DNA from: Phoronis australis
Lineage: Eukaryota; Animalia; Phoronida
Direction: 5' to 3'
Assembly (NCBI GenBank): GCA_002633005.1
Contig: NMRA01000275.1
Coordinates: forward strand, 267,652 to 331,651
Length of the DNA: 64,000 nucleotides
In this document: piece after piece, positions 12,801-24,427 of the stretch
Position numbering within the stretch: position 1 is the stretch's first letter
Layout: each line of letters starts with the position of its first letter
Translations under genes and position numbers: made by a program
Notes under the pieces: model-generated
The model's input: only the letters and a program-made list of their open reading frames with translations
Database searches by the model: none
What the model was told of the DNA's origin: nothing

Positions 12801-15800
12801 ACATTGTTACCCAATAGGCATTTATTCAAGTCCAATGGGGCTATGGCCAATTGCTGCTAAGCTTAATTAAAAGGAGTGAATACATTCTTAAAGACAGAGT
12901 TCCCACAATAGAAATTTCAAGCTCAAGGTATTTTCATTTAACCTACTGACTTGGGAGGTCAGTAGTGAACACTTTCACAACCTGGGACCATTCAAAATGT
13001 TTTCACTGTGCAGATGTTACGAGACGCTTTTTCAGTGACATTCTTCTGAGTAGACCAGTTGTTCTATTCAGTCACTAGGTGTCACCACAAAAAATGGAAT
13101 TCTTTCCATGAAAGGATTCCATTTCTATTACTAACGACAATTCAATGGTTCTGATGTTCTTGTTGATAACGGTAAGGAATATTACATGACTAGTTTTATG
13201 ATCACAGCAAAAGGCCAAATTTTGTTTTTCAGCTATACATATTAAAGCCTATCTTGAACAGTGATACCTGCAAATTTGGTTCTTACAGTATGTTAACAGC
13301 ATTGCTCTGAGCTCCCTATAGTGCCATAAACTGCCAAATACAATGAAATGTTAGAGGTATTGGCTGACAATGCTTTTGTCTACAACACCAAGAGAACCAC
13401 CTTTTAATTGAAGCAGCTGCTAATAACACCAGCACACAATGGTGTTCTATTCAGACCCCTATTCAATCAACTGTTTTTGGCCTTTCGTTGTTTGTGCTAG
13501 GATCTCATGGTGAGGCAACATGGCATATGAAAAGGCAGCTTCACCTATCATTTGACAGGCCCACACTTGCAAGATTAAACTCAGTTTTCTTATTCTGCTT
13601 AGGTTTTGCTAGGATTACCTAGTTAGCCCAATACATCTAAAATAACAGAATTGTGTTAAAGTTAGGCTTTAAGTTAAAATAGTGTGATTCCTTATATTTC
13701 CTTGGTTATATTTGACGCCACTACGTATGTCAATTCAATATTCAGTATATACAGTGAAAGTCTCAGTTACTTAGATAGGTAACTGTGGCCTATGCCTTAG
13801 ATAAGAACAGTGCACATTGCACCACATTATTTGTACCTGTTATCGGGCCTTCAACAACAGGGTGTCCAGCGCATCCAAATAGACACCCTGAATTACATTT
13901 TGACATCCCAGCATTTGGACACCTAACTAACTTAAGCTAAGAAGTCTAGATATCACTATAAAACNGCGCGATTTTAAACGGGAAGAGAAAAAGACGTGAT
14001 TTTTTGCATGTAGATTCTTTGAAGTATAATCTTTCAAATGGCCTGTAACAATTTTTTTCTCAGACTTACCGTTTTCGAGTTATTAGACTTTGAATTTCTT
14101 AAAAAAACCCAAAATTTCATTTTTTTCGAAAAATTTACGGAATTAGACGATACCATCAGTTTATATAGAATTTTGAACGGGCTTTCAGAGGATGTTTTCC
14201 ATTTTTCGCTAGAACGTCTACTTTTCGAGTTATTTTAGATTTTCTGATAACGCTGTTCCTTTGTTGAGCGCTCTTGCTGCATTGATGTTGGTTTATCTTC
14301 TATGGAACCAGACTGTAGCCTATTTCTTATTGATTGATGACATCTAAGTTCATCATATGAATGTTGTGATGTTGTTCATCATCGCCACCACCATCATCAT
14401 ATTCGTCATCATCATCTTCATCATCTCCGTCGTTGTCTTTTCCGTTAATTTCGCCAAGTGCCGCACAAGACTGTAGCCTTTTTCTTACTGATTTCGGACT
14501 TCTACGTTCGTCATGTGTATGTTATTAATACTTCTTTTGTTCACCATCGTCGTCATATTCGTCATCTTCGTCATCATCTTGATCGTCATCTTTTTGGTTA
14601 ATTTCGCCAAGGTTCGCTCCTCGGAGCGCTTTCATTTGTACCTGTTATCGGGCCTTCAACAACAGGGTGTCCAGCGCATCCAAATAGACACCCTGAATTA
14701 CATTTTGACATCCCAGCATTTGGACACCTAACTAACTTAAGCTAAGAAGTCTAGATATCACTATAAAACAGTAGCTCTATGAGCTCATTGGCCTGTCCAG
14801 ACATTACAAAGCTAGTTAAGACAATTTATGATGAAAGATGAGAGCAATAAACTTTATTGCAGACCCATGTCTTCACAGTAACATACCACACTAAAGTCCC
14901 TTGCGTATACAGCCTACCCACGAACAACTTGCACAAGTGCAATTACCCCACTTTTAAGTCGAGTGTCCGTACACACACATATCCAATACCTAGTGTAAAG
15001 TCCCATTTAGACATCAACATTTGACCCGGCGCATGTGACACGGAGCAAATTGATCGATGTCAAGCAGCCGTTTACACACACCTCACTAATTGTGGCAAGA
15101 CGGAAGTTGTTGGAGAGTGGAATGCAAATGCACAGGTTTTCAAATAACGAGAATTGCAGAGACAGAAAACCTGTATGTAGGTCATTGTACAAGAGCAGTA
15201 GAGATGATCCTTTCCGCCTTGCCTCAGTTTCGCGTTTAGAAATATGATCGAGCACAAATTGCTCTCACTCACAATCGGGTGGCAAAAGTTGTCACTGCAG
15301 TGTCAGTTTACTTCGTGTCAGTCCCATTTACACTCCTACTTGTGCTGGAACATATCATTCCGTGTCAGCTGGTCCTTGTCAACTTTTGTAGTGTGAACGG
15401 CACTTTAGGCAATAATTGTTGCTCTGAGCATGACAATGAACACCTAATGCGTGCACCCAAAATAAAACCCATCTGTATGTAACCGCAGCTTATAATTACT
15501 TCTGCCTTGCCCCATGTTTGCAGCCTCACAAGAATTAAAAGTGTGCAAGTTACCCTAGAACAAGTTACCCTAATCGATAAGGTGGAGTAAGTTGTCACAA
15601 TCATGGGGTAAGTTGCGCTAGTTTAAATAATGTCCAAACAGCACTCATACCCAGCGACAACTTGTTCCGAGGTAAGTCTGTGTGTGGACTGGCACTTAAC
15701 AGCAATTTGACTAGCTGTCATGAAATCGCAGTCACCCTTCATTTGTCATGGATCCTCAAGAAATTGGGAAACCATTTTGGGCGCCTTATTTCTGAAATCC

Positions 15801-18800
15801 TGGATGAACCCCTGTTGTAATGGAGGCTTTTTTCTTGTTAGTGCCTTGGTAGCTGAGTCAGTGAAATTTATATCAAAACTGTGATCCTTTTGTTTATTCA
15901 TCTAATTAATACAGGTAAATAGGGCTTTTTGGCAATTTTTAACTTGACGCACCAATAACCAAAATGTGCTTTGATCATTCAAACATGTCGCAACAGTGCT
16001 GGCAAACAGATTCCAGTGACACGTCAGTACAGGTCTTAGGAAACACTGGATTGTTATGAAGTCAACATTCTTTCTACTTTCAGAAAATATATACCTTTAC
16101 AGAGTTAACTTCCATAGTTTTTTAGACATTTGACTAATGCACAGACTCATTGTTAACCGTAATTATAATTCACTTTACTTCATCTGGCCTAAGCAACAAA
16201 GGATTTAAAAATATGTTCTTTTAACCTAACTGTCCTTTATTTTTCAACTAATGACTGATACCAAGGTCAATACAGTATATATTGGCGGTAATCCTTCTCG
16301 TATCCATAATACATTAAAGACACGACTTTGTTCAGTTTTTAGAACTTTAATTTAGCATTGAGATGTAAACACAAGATCTCTTTTTAGAGAGTTTGAAAGA
16401 ACCGAAATTGAACTCATACAAACTGAACAAAGTCAATGAACTATAATATGCACATATCAGTAAAACAAAAAGAATGTTCTAGGAGACCAATGCAACTGAT
16501 CCACCTGCATGGCCTGCGTACATCTGGTACAAGGTGTACCAGACCGCCAGCAATTAGTTTTATAAGTGGACCTGAGGCCATTATCACATTTTTGGAATCT
16601 GAAAACCAACATGTTGACCAAGTGCAAAAGTCAATAATTGTTTTATTATGGCACATTCACTTCAGTAATTCACATGGTCTTTTGATTGTATGTTAATAAA
16701 ATGTTTGAGCAGACATTCTAGTGCAAAACAATCGACAAATGTTATTAGATTATATCAATGTGATTGCAAGGCTCATGTATGCAGGCTGCACCTTTACACA
16801 ATACACATGGTAGTATGAAGGTGGGATCTGCAGTGCCTCAATACAGGTTTGCATTCACCAGGTGGTTTGTATTTTACAGTTGTTTAAGAACAAAAAAGAC
16901 AACAGAATCCCAATTCGGTGACACACAGGTGGCACAATGGCAAGTGGCTTACGAACGAGAAGACCACAGGATCAAATACCAATATTAGATCTGTACTTTT
17001 AATAATTCAAAAAAGATTTTAAAGGGAGTTAAAATCATGATACCATACCAGTTGTCAATATGAGCGTATTAGCATTCAACATTTGGAGAATTATTGACTT
17101 TTTATGTGACTTAATAACTTCATTATCTATTTAAAATCATACAATAATACAAAGTAGCACTGCAGATTTCACTCTTTATTAGGGGGTCCCTGGGTGAGAC
17201 AATTTGGGTTCTCAAAAATACTGGAAACTCCCAGATTATCAGGCACCTCTGCCATATCACAAGAAGGGGATCAATAACATGATATCAAACTTCATCCACA
17301 GCATAATCACATTGAATAGTACATTAACTTTCCTTGCTCAATACCTTTAAGCCAATGTCTGCAGTCTCTCCAAAGGACAATTGGTGGACATTCAAAATAA
17401 ACAATATTCAGTGGAGTAACATAAACAATTATCCCCAGAATTACAGGAGGCCCAGTATTATATTGCTCTAACTAAACACCTAAAGCAAGTGAACCACCAT
17501 TGAAATCTGTTATATAAGAGGGGCTGGAGCCCGCTAAAAGACCTTGAGAGACTGGTGATTGAAATTTAATACCTGCTTTAAAACAGGTCCATAGCCACAC
17601 AGTCTGGGGCTTTAATCAAAAGTTTGAATTAATTAAAAAAGACCAAGAAACTATGCCCGTTTGGAAAACCGAGTTTGGAAGTTAGATAAATATCATAGCT
17701 GTTAAAGTAGTAACCCATTAAATGTGTGAAACAGAATTACGATACTTAACAATCACTAAAGGTGACCAATTAGTCAAAGGTTTTGGCAACAATCAGCATC
17801 ATAAACTTGAAGGCAAATTCTGCAGTGCGACACTGTTGTTTCGTTTCAGTCCTTTCGATAGTTAATGTCAACAAATATACCATACTTCTGAAATTGCAGC
17901 AGGCTATTAAAAAGCGCCACTGACACAGTCATGTAACACTCCAAATCATTACTACGACAGTTTCCAGCACATTTAAATCCGAGAAGATGGTGATTGTAAT
18001 ATGACGAGTCAAATTGAATTTGGTTTCTCAAATACTGGAAAGGGGCTGATGTGTGTTTATCTTCAAGACTATGCAATTTTTGCTGTACCTGCAAAAACAT
18101 TGTTGATTGATGACACTGAGTGACTAACTAAACACCATCGTTAATTGACTGAGCAAAAGTAGACTTATTCTGGATGACACCAAGAGCAAAACCAAGACCA
18201 TGACTCTTGGCAAATGCTCTTGAATGGAAAGTCTATCTTATACCCACCACACAAACGCATTGAAAACATTAGCAAATTCGACTACAGAATCAATCTGACA
18301 TATAAGGAACACATAATGCCTGAGTACAAACATTTCCTACAAAATTAACGTAGAAAATAAATCTGAAACTAAATAAGGCGATCCAGATCCTCCCAAGGAT
18401 ACTATTGTTTCATGAAATGTAGAATACTAATAGGTAAATAAAATAACAAGAATGGGCTTCCATATATTAGGGCGATATTCATACCTAGCAAAAATGGAAG
18501 TGAAATTCATCTTTATCCAGACTACAATTGTGCCACTTGTCATATGGACATACCTGTTGAACGAGGACTTAAAACGTAACCCATAGTGATACCTCCAGGA
18601 AAAAACTACCCATGTAATTGTAGCCTACCGTACCTCCTGCCTAGCCCCAAGGGCTTTCCATTTGACATGCCCAGAGACACAATGTTATTACCAGAATCAT
18701 TGCCTGAGTCCTTGTGGAAGAATTTCTGGTTACTGACTCAGGTTTGATGGATTTGTAGCCTTTAGACAAATCTTGTCAATATTTATACTGTGTGGAGAAC

Positions 18801-21800
18801 ATAATCGGACAAGAATTAAAACAAAGTAAAAATATGGTGATCCGACAACCATTCCAATTTATAGTCGGTTACTCTGAACCAACACGAAAGAGAAAACGAG
18901 ACCCAAATGTATACCAGAAAATACAAAATGGCACACAATCTCACCAGCATGTTCCCCCTCACCACTGGAGTAATTGTCATCAGGCTTAACATTGTATCAT
19001 GAGTCACTTATCACGAGTATCTAATTTATATATACAATGATTCATATTTATTTTTATCTATATTGCATTAACTACATATCTCCAAGAACACACTGGTTAA
19101 AGTTTATTGTTCAGTGTGTGTTTCATTTATGCAATAAATGCATAAAAAACTAAAGCTTCTCACTTTCTAAATCTGCAAACAACAAAACTCATTTAATAAT
19201 GTTTTGATATAGATCTCCAATTTTTTATTGCTTGTGACAGAGCATGTGGTAACTGAAAAAAATAAATTTCACACAAACTCCAAATTCTTTATAACAGAGC
19301 AAATTATTTTGGAGATAACATCAGGAAATTTGTAATTCTCATCAGCAATTGACATTTACTATGCATCAGTAGAGGGGAGGGCATGACAAAAAAGATCTAG
19401 CTTATTTTGCAGACGATTTTTCATACATTCATAGCTCAAACCATACAAGTACTTGACCAGATCTAGTGCTTAACACTGTATCATTACACCTAAGTTCAGG
19501 ACATCGTCTAGCAATGCTGACCTTTAAGGTTTCTTTGGGCCCTTACTACAAAAAGTCTGAATGGTCGTCCCTTTGAGCTACATCCTCCCCCTGTCACCAC
19601 AATTTTCGAGCTACCTTCGCCTTTCCTGCCAAAATTTTGATTTCCCCCTCAGAATCCTCAGTGAAGAATGTCTTAATTAGAAACAAACCTCAAAAAATAT
19701 GCAGAATAAATAAGAGACGTTGAAGAAAGTAAGTATTTTTCTAATATTAATTTTTTGTTTGTTTCAATTTCATTTTATTTTGGCAAATTGCAAAATTCTG
19801 ACTTTATTATACAGAAATATACAACAGACATCAGAAATATACAACAGACATCTGAAATACATAGAATTTAAATTAACAGTGAGAGGAGTTGAGTATAGAG
19901 TAGAAACAACCCTGCCACCCATCTGTGGGTTGATCACCATTAGTTACATAGCAGTAACAGCTTGAGTCACTTGAACCAACACATATTTCTCTCACGCACG
20001 CACGCAGGCATACACACACAAACCTGCACCATTTTAAGTAAAGTATAGTCGTCCCTTATTAATACCAGTTACTTCTAAAGCTCATAATTTGTTTAACAAC
20101 TGGTGACTTAATATTCATAAAGTGATATTAAAGAAAAGAGGTATCCTTTTTTACATTTAAATAGATTGAGAGCAGGAATCAGTTCATTTAAGTAAGAAAC
20201 CTACATGATTATCTGTATGAAGGCATTGTTACGTATCAGAACGATCTTTGCTTCACTTGTAACATCTTGTAAATTTCGAGTTAACAATATTGACATGATC
20301 AACAGAACTATGGGACTCTTAGAAATTCAAAAAATAAGTTGCAGAAAAATCTTCAGAAGCTGTACATAAAATTTATGTTGAAGATGTGCTATTTCAGTAT
20401 CTTCAACCCTGATTTTCCATATGAAAAACAAATCCTCAGTTAACATAAAATTCCATTTTTTCTTTCGTTCTGTAAATTAAAAAATTCTGCTTTACTGGTT
20501 TAAAGTGGTAAACAGCATCAAAAGAGCAATGTAAAGTCCTGAAACAGGACTACACTACAAACAATCTGCTTCTAGAGGAGTTAACTGTAAAATATCACCA
20601 ATTTCAGACAAAAAATAATTATAAAACACTTTTTCCATTTGTCAAGGGCTTCAAACATTCTTGTGAATACCCACAACATTTCAAAACTTTGTACAATGAT
20701 AACTGTGGTGCAGAGATTGAATATGGAGAAGTATATAATTTTGGAGCAACACATATGTTTCATAAAAAATGGCAAAATACAACATCACTTTTTGCCAATA
20801 TTGCATTCAAAATTAGGATCATATAAATGGCCAGTAGATGGCGCAGAAAATTTTGAAACGGGAAGACATCACCATCTCCATGATAGAAAACTATTACATG
20901 CCAAAATTCATAACAAGAGCAACGTTGAAATGCGCCCATGAATGCACCGCAAACAGTGTGCTTCTAGGGATGTTTATTTGTATCATAAAAATGGCCAATA
21001 GATGGCGCAAAAAACGTTAATCCATCCAAAAATGAGAACATGTCATCACTTCTTTAAAAGAAAGCTATTAGCCAAATTTCATAAAAATCTTTCAAGGAAC
21101 TTCAGAGAAACAAATGAAAATGGAAAAAATGACATTGCCACTAGGGGGCAAAGCGTTCGTTGGATTTGCCTGAAAGTCGTTGTTGTCTGTTGTTAGCTTC
21201 ATATAAATACACTTACTAAATTTAATAAAAATGCTGCAGTGGGTTTAGGAGATACAGCTATGGGCGCAAAACATAACTACCACTAGGAGGCGTCAAAGTT
21301 GTTATCGTCAACCGTCCTCTTCACACTGAGAGCATATACACAAATTTTCAAAATCATTCTTAGAATGGTTGATGAAGGGGTGATGCCAAAAACAAACACA
21401 AGAACAGCAAAAATAGCCACTAGGTGGTGCAAAATACCTCGATTCCATCCGAAAGCAGGAGGATAGCGTCATCTCACCAACAGATGCCTATATTCCACAT
21501 TTTATGAAAATCAGTTGAGGACCTTTGAAGATACAGACGTAAACGTAAAAACTTAAAATTGCCACTAGGGGGCAGACCGGTAGCCAGATCCGTCTGAAAG
21601 TTGTCGTCATCCGTTGTCAACATCATATAAATACACTTGCTAAATTTAATAAAGATGCTGCAAATGGTTTAGGAGATACAGCCATGGGCATACAAAATGC
21701 CACTAGGAAGCGCCACAGTAGTAGACTGAGTAGGAAAATCATCGTCAGCCGTCCTCTTCATAGTAAGAACATACAAGCCAATTTTCACAATCATCCTTAA

Positions 21801-23977
21801 AGCAGTTTGACTCGAAAAAATGACCACTAGCACAAACAGGAGGATAACATCATATCACTCGTGCCTTTTTGTCAAATTTTATGAAATATGTTGAGGCCCC
21901 AAAATCGAGGGATTGAGGGCCCTGACATCTCCGTACACTACTGACGAGACTGCAAACCTAGTCAGACTTCCAGCACATCCTTGTAATGGCATTCACAGTG
22001 CTCCCTTTTTCACCAGTGTTTACTATCATTGTATGCTAGAATATTCTAAAAGATAGAAATAAGCTCCAACTTGCCAAAGCTTAACTGTTTTTGAATTAAC
22101 CAGGCAGTAATACCCTCATTCTGAAAGCTCAGCTGGTTTACCTACTATATTTCATACATGTCCACCGTTAAAGGAACTACATATTTGCTACGGATTTTTG
22201 CAATTTCTGTAGTGCTACGGCACAGTGCAAAAACCTACGTATTTACAATAATTACTATGCATTTTTGACGACGTTCGAACTGAAATTTTCAAACCTTCGC
22301 TTTGGCTTTTACTGGAAATCTCAGTACGTGCAATGCATTTTGAGACTTGACCGTATTTTGACTCGTTTTTGTCAGTGGTATGGTTTACTAATGTTTTTAT
22401 ACAAAAATCGCCATGGTTAGACTTAGAGCAAAAAACAGTGACCACCGTCTCTCGCCGACTCTGTATAGAAGGTGTAGCTCCTATAGGCATTTCATACGCC
22501 AGAAACTTTTTGGCAATTTATATCTCACACCGACTAAAACATCAAAGTCACATTGATATAAATACCTTATGTGCATAGAGGGACATATTAGGAGGCCGCT
22601 GAAGTCTTTAATTCCTTCTAGCTCGAACAAATACTCTCTTTTTCTTCGAGCAGTCCCTCGTTCAGTTCCCAAATCGGCAACTGGCCATTTTTAACACTGC
22701 GCCTGGCAGGTGGTATGACGTCATGGTATGCGCAGCATAAAAATGGACAGTTACCGGTTTTGAGAACTGAACAAAGAAAAAGTTTGAGAACCGGAGTATT
22801 TGTAGGTAGGACAATCAAAAAATAGGTCACGGAGCTCCATATCTGCCTCCATGTAAAACCCACATTGGTAAATTACCCGATTTCAGACTTCAAAGTTAAC
22901 TAAAATACAACTTTTTTATTATAAATCATTACCTTGGTCCTTATTTGTAAGTTTTTAATCTTTTTATCACGAATAATCCTAGAACACAATTTTCCGCCAT
23001 GCAATCAACTTTCAAAAAAGTGCCTCTTGTTCCTCCAATCCAAAAGAGTACTATACTCTCGATTACAAACATGAAATTTGGACAGGATGTAGTTTAGATG
23101 TGTGCGCACCTCCCCAACTACTTTACTCGAAGTTAAGGTCAAGTTTTTATGGTGAGTTTTTCGATCGTCCAAAAGGTCTAATTTTGATCGGTTGGAAACT
23201 GATGTTTTTGCAGTTCCGCAATATGCCCCCCCTCCGATTTATAGATGAAGACTTAATCACTCTTTTAATTGATAATTATTTCATTTTCAGAAATTCTGTC
23301 AAACTGCTCAGCATTAGCACTTTTCAAACAGAAGTCGTTAGTTCACTAAATCGCCACATGTCAGCGCCACGAGCACTATGTTGAAGTCAAATGGAATCGC
23401 AACATCACCGTTCAAAATAAAGTTGTTACAGAGTTTTTGTTGCATAAATGAGGAAACCCTTCATGTTAAGAGTGGTTTGTTTACCCAAATGGTCTTTTGT
23501 CTACTTTCTGATGTTTTTGCCACGATACAATCTAATAGTACATGGGCGGCACAGCCTGGCCTTTATCCAGGATTTCGAAAATAGGGTGTCCAAAATGTAG
23601 TTGCCAATATTCCAGGGCGTCCATGATTCCGACACGTAACCCCCGCCCCCCGGACCTTTCACCAGCAACTTTGATGTTTTAGTAAGTGTGAGGCTAAACA
23701 GCTTCCGTGGTATGAACTGTCTGCAGGAGCTACATCGTCTCTGTTGAGACAACTACGCCTACACTACACAGACGGTCGTCGGTGGTCACTGACATTGTCA
23801 GACTACTAATAGTTACGATATTTGTATCTATTCACATTAAGAAACTTTCAATTCAATTCGTTCATATCACATACCGTTCTCTTTTGCTTCTGTCGCTGTG
23901 TCACTTGAAAATACAATTCGTTTCTTATCGCGGGATTTTTTTTCTTCGGCAACAGCAACGTCGGTCTCAGTCGCCAT
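603..23977 (-). CDS. PHACTR: Phosphatase and actin regulator (PHACTR family), 5' part; the gene continues beyond the window start
   Basis: Exons on - strand: 23977-23875, 12090-11956, 10170-10069, 2986-2750, 845-603, all GT-AG and all phase 1. They encode the PHACTR hallmark GKIFRPWKWRRKKKS (basic NLS) followed by the N-terminal RPEL repeat LERKISVRTSREELIRKGVI. The C-terminal RPELs and PP1-binding domain are not in the window. Confidence 0.9.
2750..2986 (-). CDS. PHACTR: PHACTR internal exon (acidic, low-complexity linker)
   Basis: Open 237-nt phase 1-1 exon, TTTTAG acceptor, GTGAGT donor, DKVDETDENEPV...HTYENV. Confidence 0.75.
4305..5816 (+). mobile_element. 5'-truncated, decayed non-LTR retrotransposon (CR1/L2/Crack group): reverse transcriptase fragment, 3' UTR and (AATA)n tail
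   Basis: RT motifs SGFRP, VFADLKKAFD, GVPHGSILGPLLF and FKYLGLILD; YADD is mutated to YGDN; a frameshift near 5040 continues as SIIQPHIDYCLPVWG...IQNRAAR; T-rich 3' UTR and AATAAATAAATAAATA tail at about 5798-5816. Antisense inside a PHACTR intron. Confidence 0.9.
10069..10170 (-). CDS. PHACTR: PHACTR exon with N-terminal RPEL motif
   Basis: DLERKISVRTSREELIRKGVIKERDEAESTPHHL; TTTCAG acceptor, GTGAGT donor; 102 nt. Confidence 0.92.
11956..12090 (-). CDS. PHACTR: PHACTR exon with basic NLS
   Basis: EKTKNGDVKPVMPQKKSRFALLGKIFRPWKWRRKKKSERIEKTAI; TTTCAG acceptor, GTAAAT donor; 135 nt. Confidence 0.92.
13829..14769. repeat. Exact 136-bp direct duplication (13829-13964 = 14634-14769) flanking a single N and a repeat-element end
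   Basis: The two copies are identical by eye; the first stops exactly at the N at 13965. Confidence 0.9.
13966..14635. mobile_element. Terminal part of a Helentron/HINE-like non-autonomous element with (GAT/GAC)-rich internal repeats
   Basis: Ends in TTCGCCAAG, hairpin CGCTCC-TC-GGAGCG, then CTTTCAT; a duplicated internal unit; related ends at about 41348-41381 (opposite strand) and about 46715-46750. Confidence 0.5.
14895..15696. mobile_element. Old PIF/Harbinger-like non-autonomous element
   Basis: TAA on both sides (14892-14894, 15697-15699) and degenerate inverted ends. It interrupts a repeat whose uninterrupted paralog is at about 11105-11172 (CATACCAC..TAA.AGCAATTTGACT). Confidence 0.55.
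20912..21896 (-). mobile_element. HINE/DINE-1-like (non-autonomous Helentron) copy 1, truncated
   Basis: Terminus AACAAGAGCAACGTTGAAATGCGCCCATG followed by about 7 internal monomers containing GCCACTAGG; an older monomer fragment precedes it at about 20820-20910. Confidence 0.75.
22436..23791. mobile_element. Foldback MITE family A copy with internal insertions
   Basis: CAGTGACCACCG at the left end and CGGTGGTCACTG at the right end; the left arm matches the copies at 24.4-26.5 kb and 29.9-30.3 kb. Confidence 0.65.
23875..23977 (-). CDS. PHACTR: PHACTR probable first coding exon
   Basis: ATG at 23977, MATETDVAVAEEKKSRDKKRIVFSSDTATEAKEN, donor G|GTATGT in phase 1 matching the next exon; lies next to a CpG-rich promoter-like segment. 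Confidence 0.7.
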
Positions 23978-23979
23978 TT

Positions 23980-24329
23980 CTCTGTCTGCGACTTCCTGTT
24001 TACTTTTTCCACATCGTTCATTTTCGTAAATCAGGTGCTTTTTACGGAAAAACACGATTGTGTTTTAACTAGGTTTTCAGTGTCAATCACCAAGATATAA
24101 TATTTTTAAGCTTACTGGAATCTTTGCTGTTTTATTCTGTGAAACAAGACGGTCTTTAAATTGGATAACACAATCTTAGTAATTACGGACATTTCCGATT
24201 TCGCAACGACGTCTCGTGACAAATACGTCACATTCTTCGTCATTTCTTCGAACTGTAAACACCAAGTCAGGGTTTTCCTAACGTACGAACAAACTTTAGT
24301 AGAGGTTTATTCTGTTTCGAGAAGTCGCA
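23980..24329. promoter_or_regulatory. Bidirectional promoter region shared by PHACTR (-) and SDCBP (+), including a probable non-coding SDCBP exon 1 ending at 24329
   Basis: CpG-enriched segment between the PHACTR ATG (23977) and a strong + strand donor GCA|GTAAGT (24330); ETS-like ACTTCCTG at 23991 and a CRE half-site-like ACGTCA near 24225. Confidence 0.6.
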
Positions 24330-24427
24330 GTAAGTACATGTTTTTGTTGTTCGTGATTGAGAGAACAGTTTCCGGGGCTATTTGCCCTCAAAACTTCTCA
24401 AAGGGAGAATTTGAGAGCTAAAGCTAA

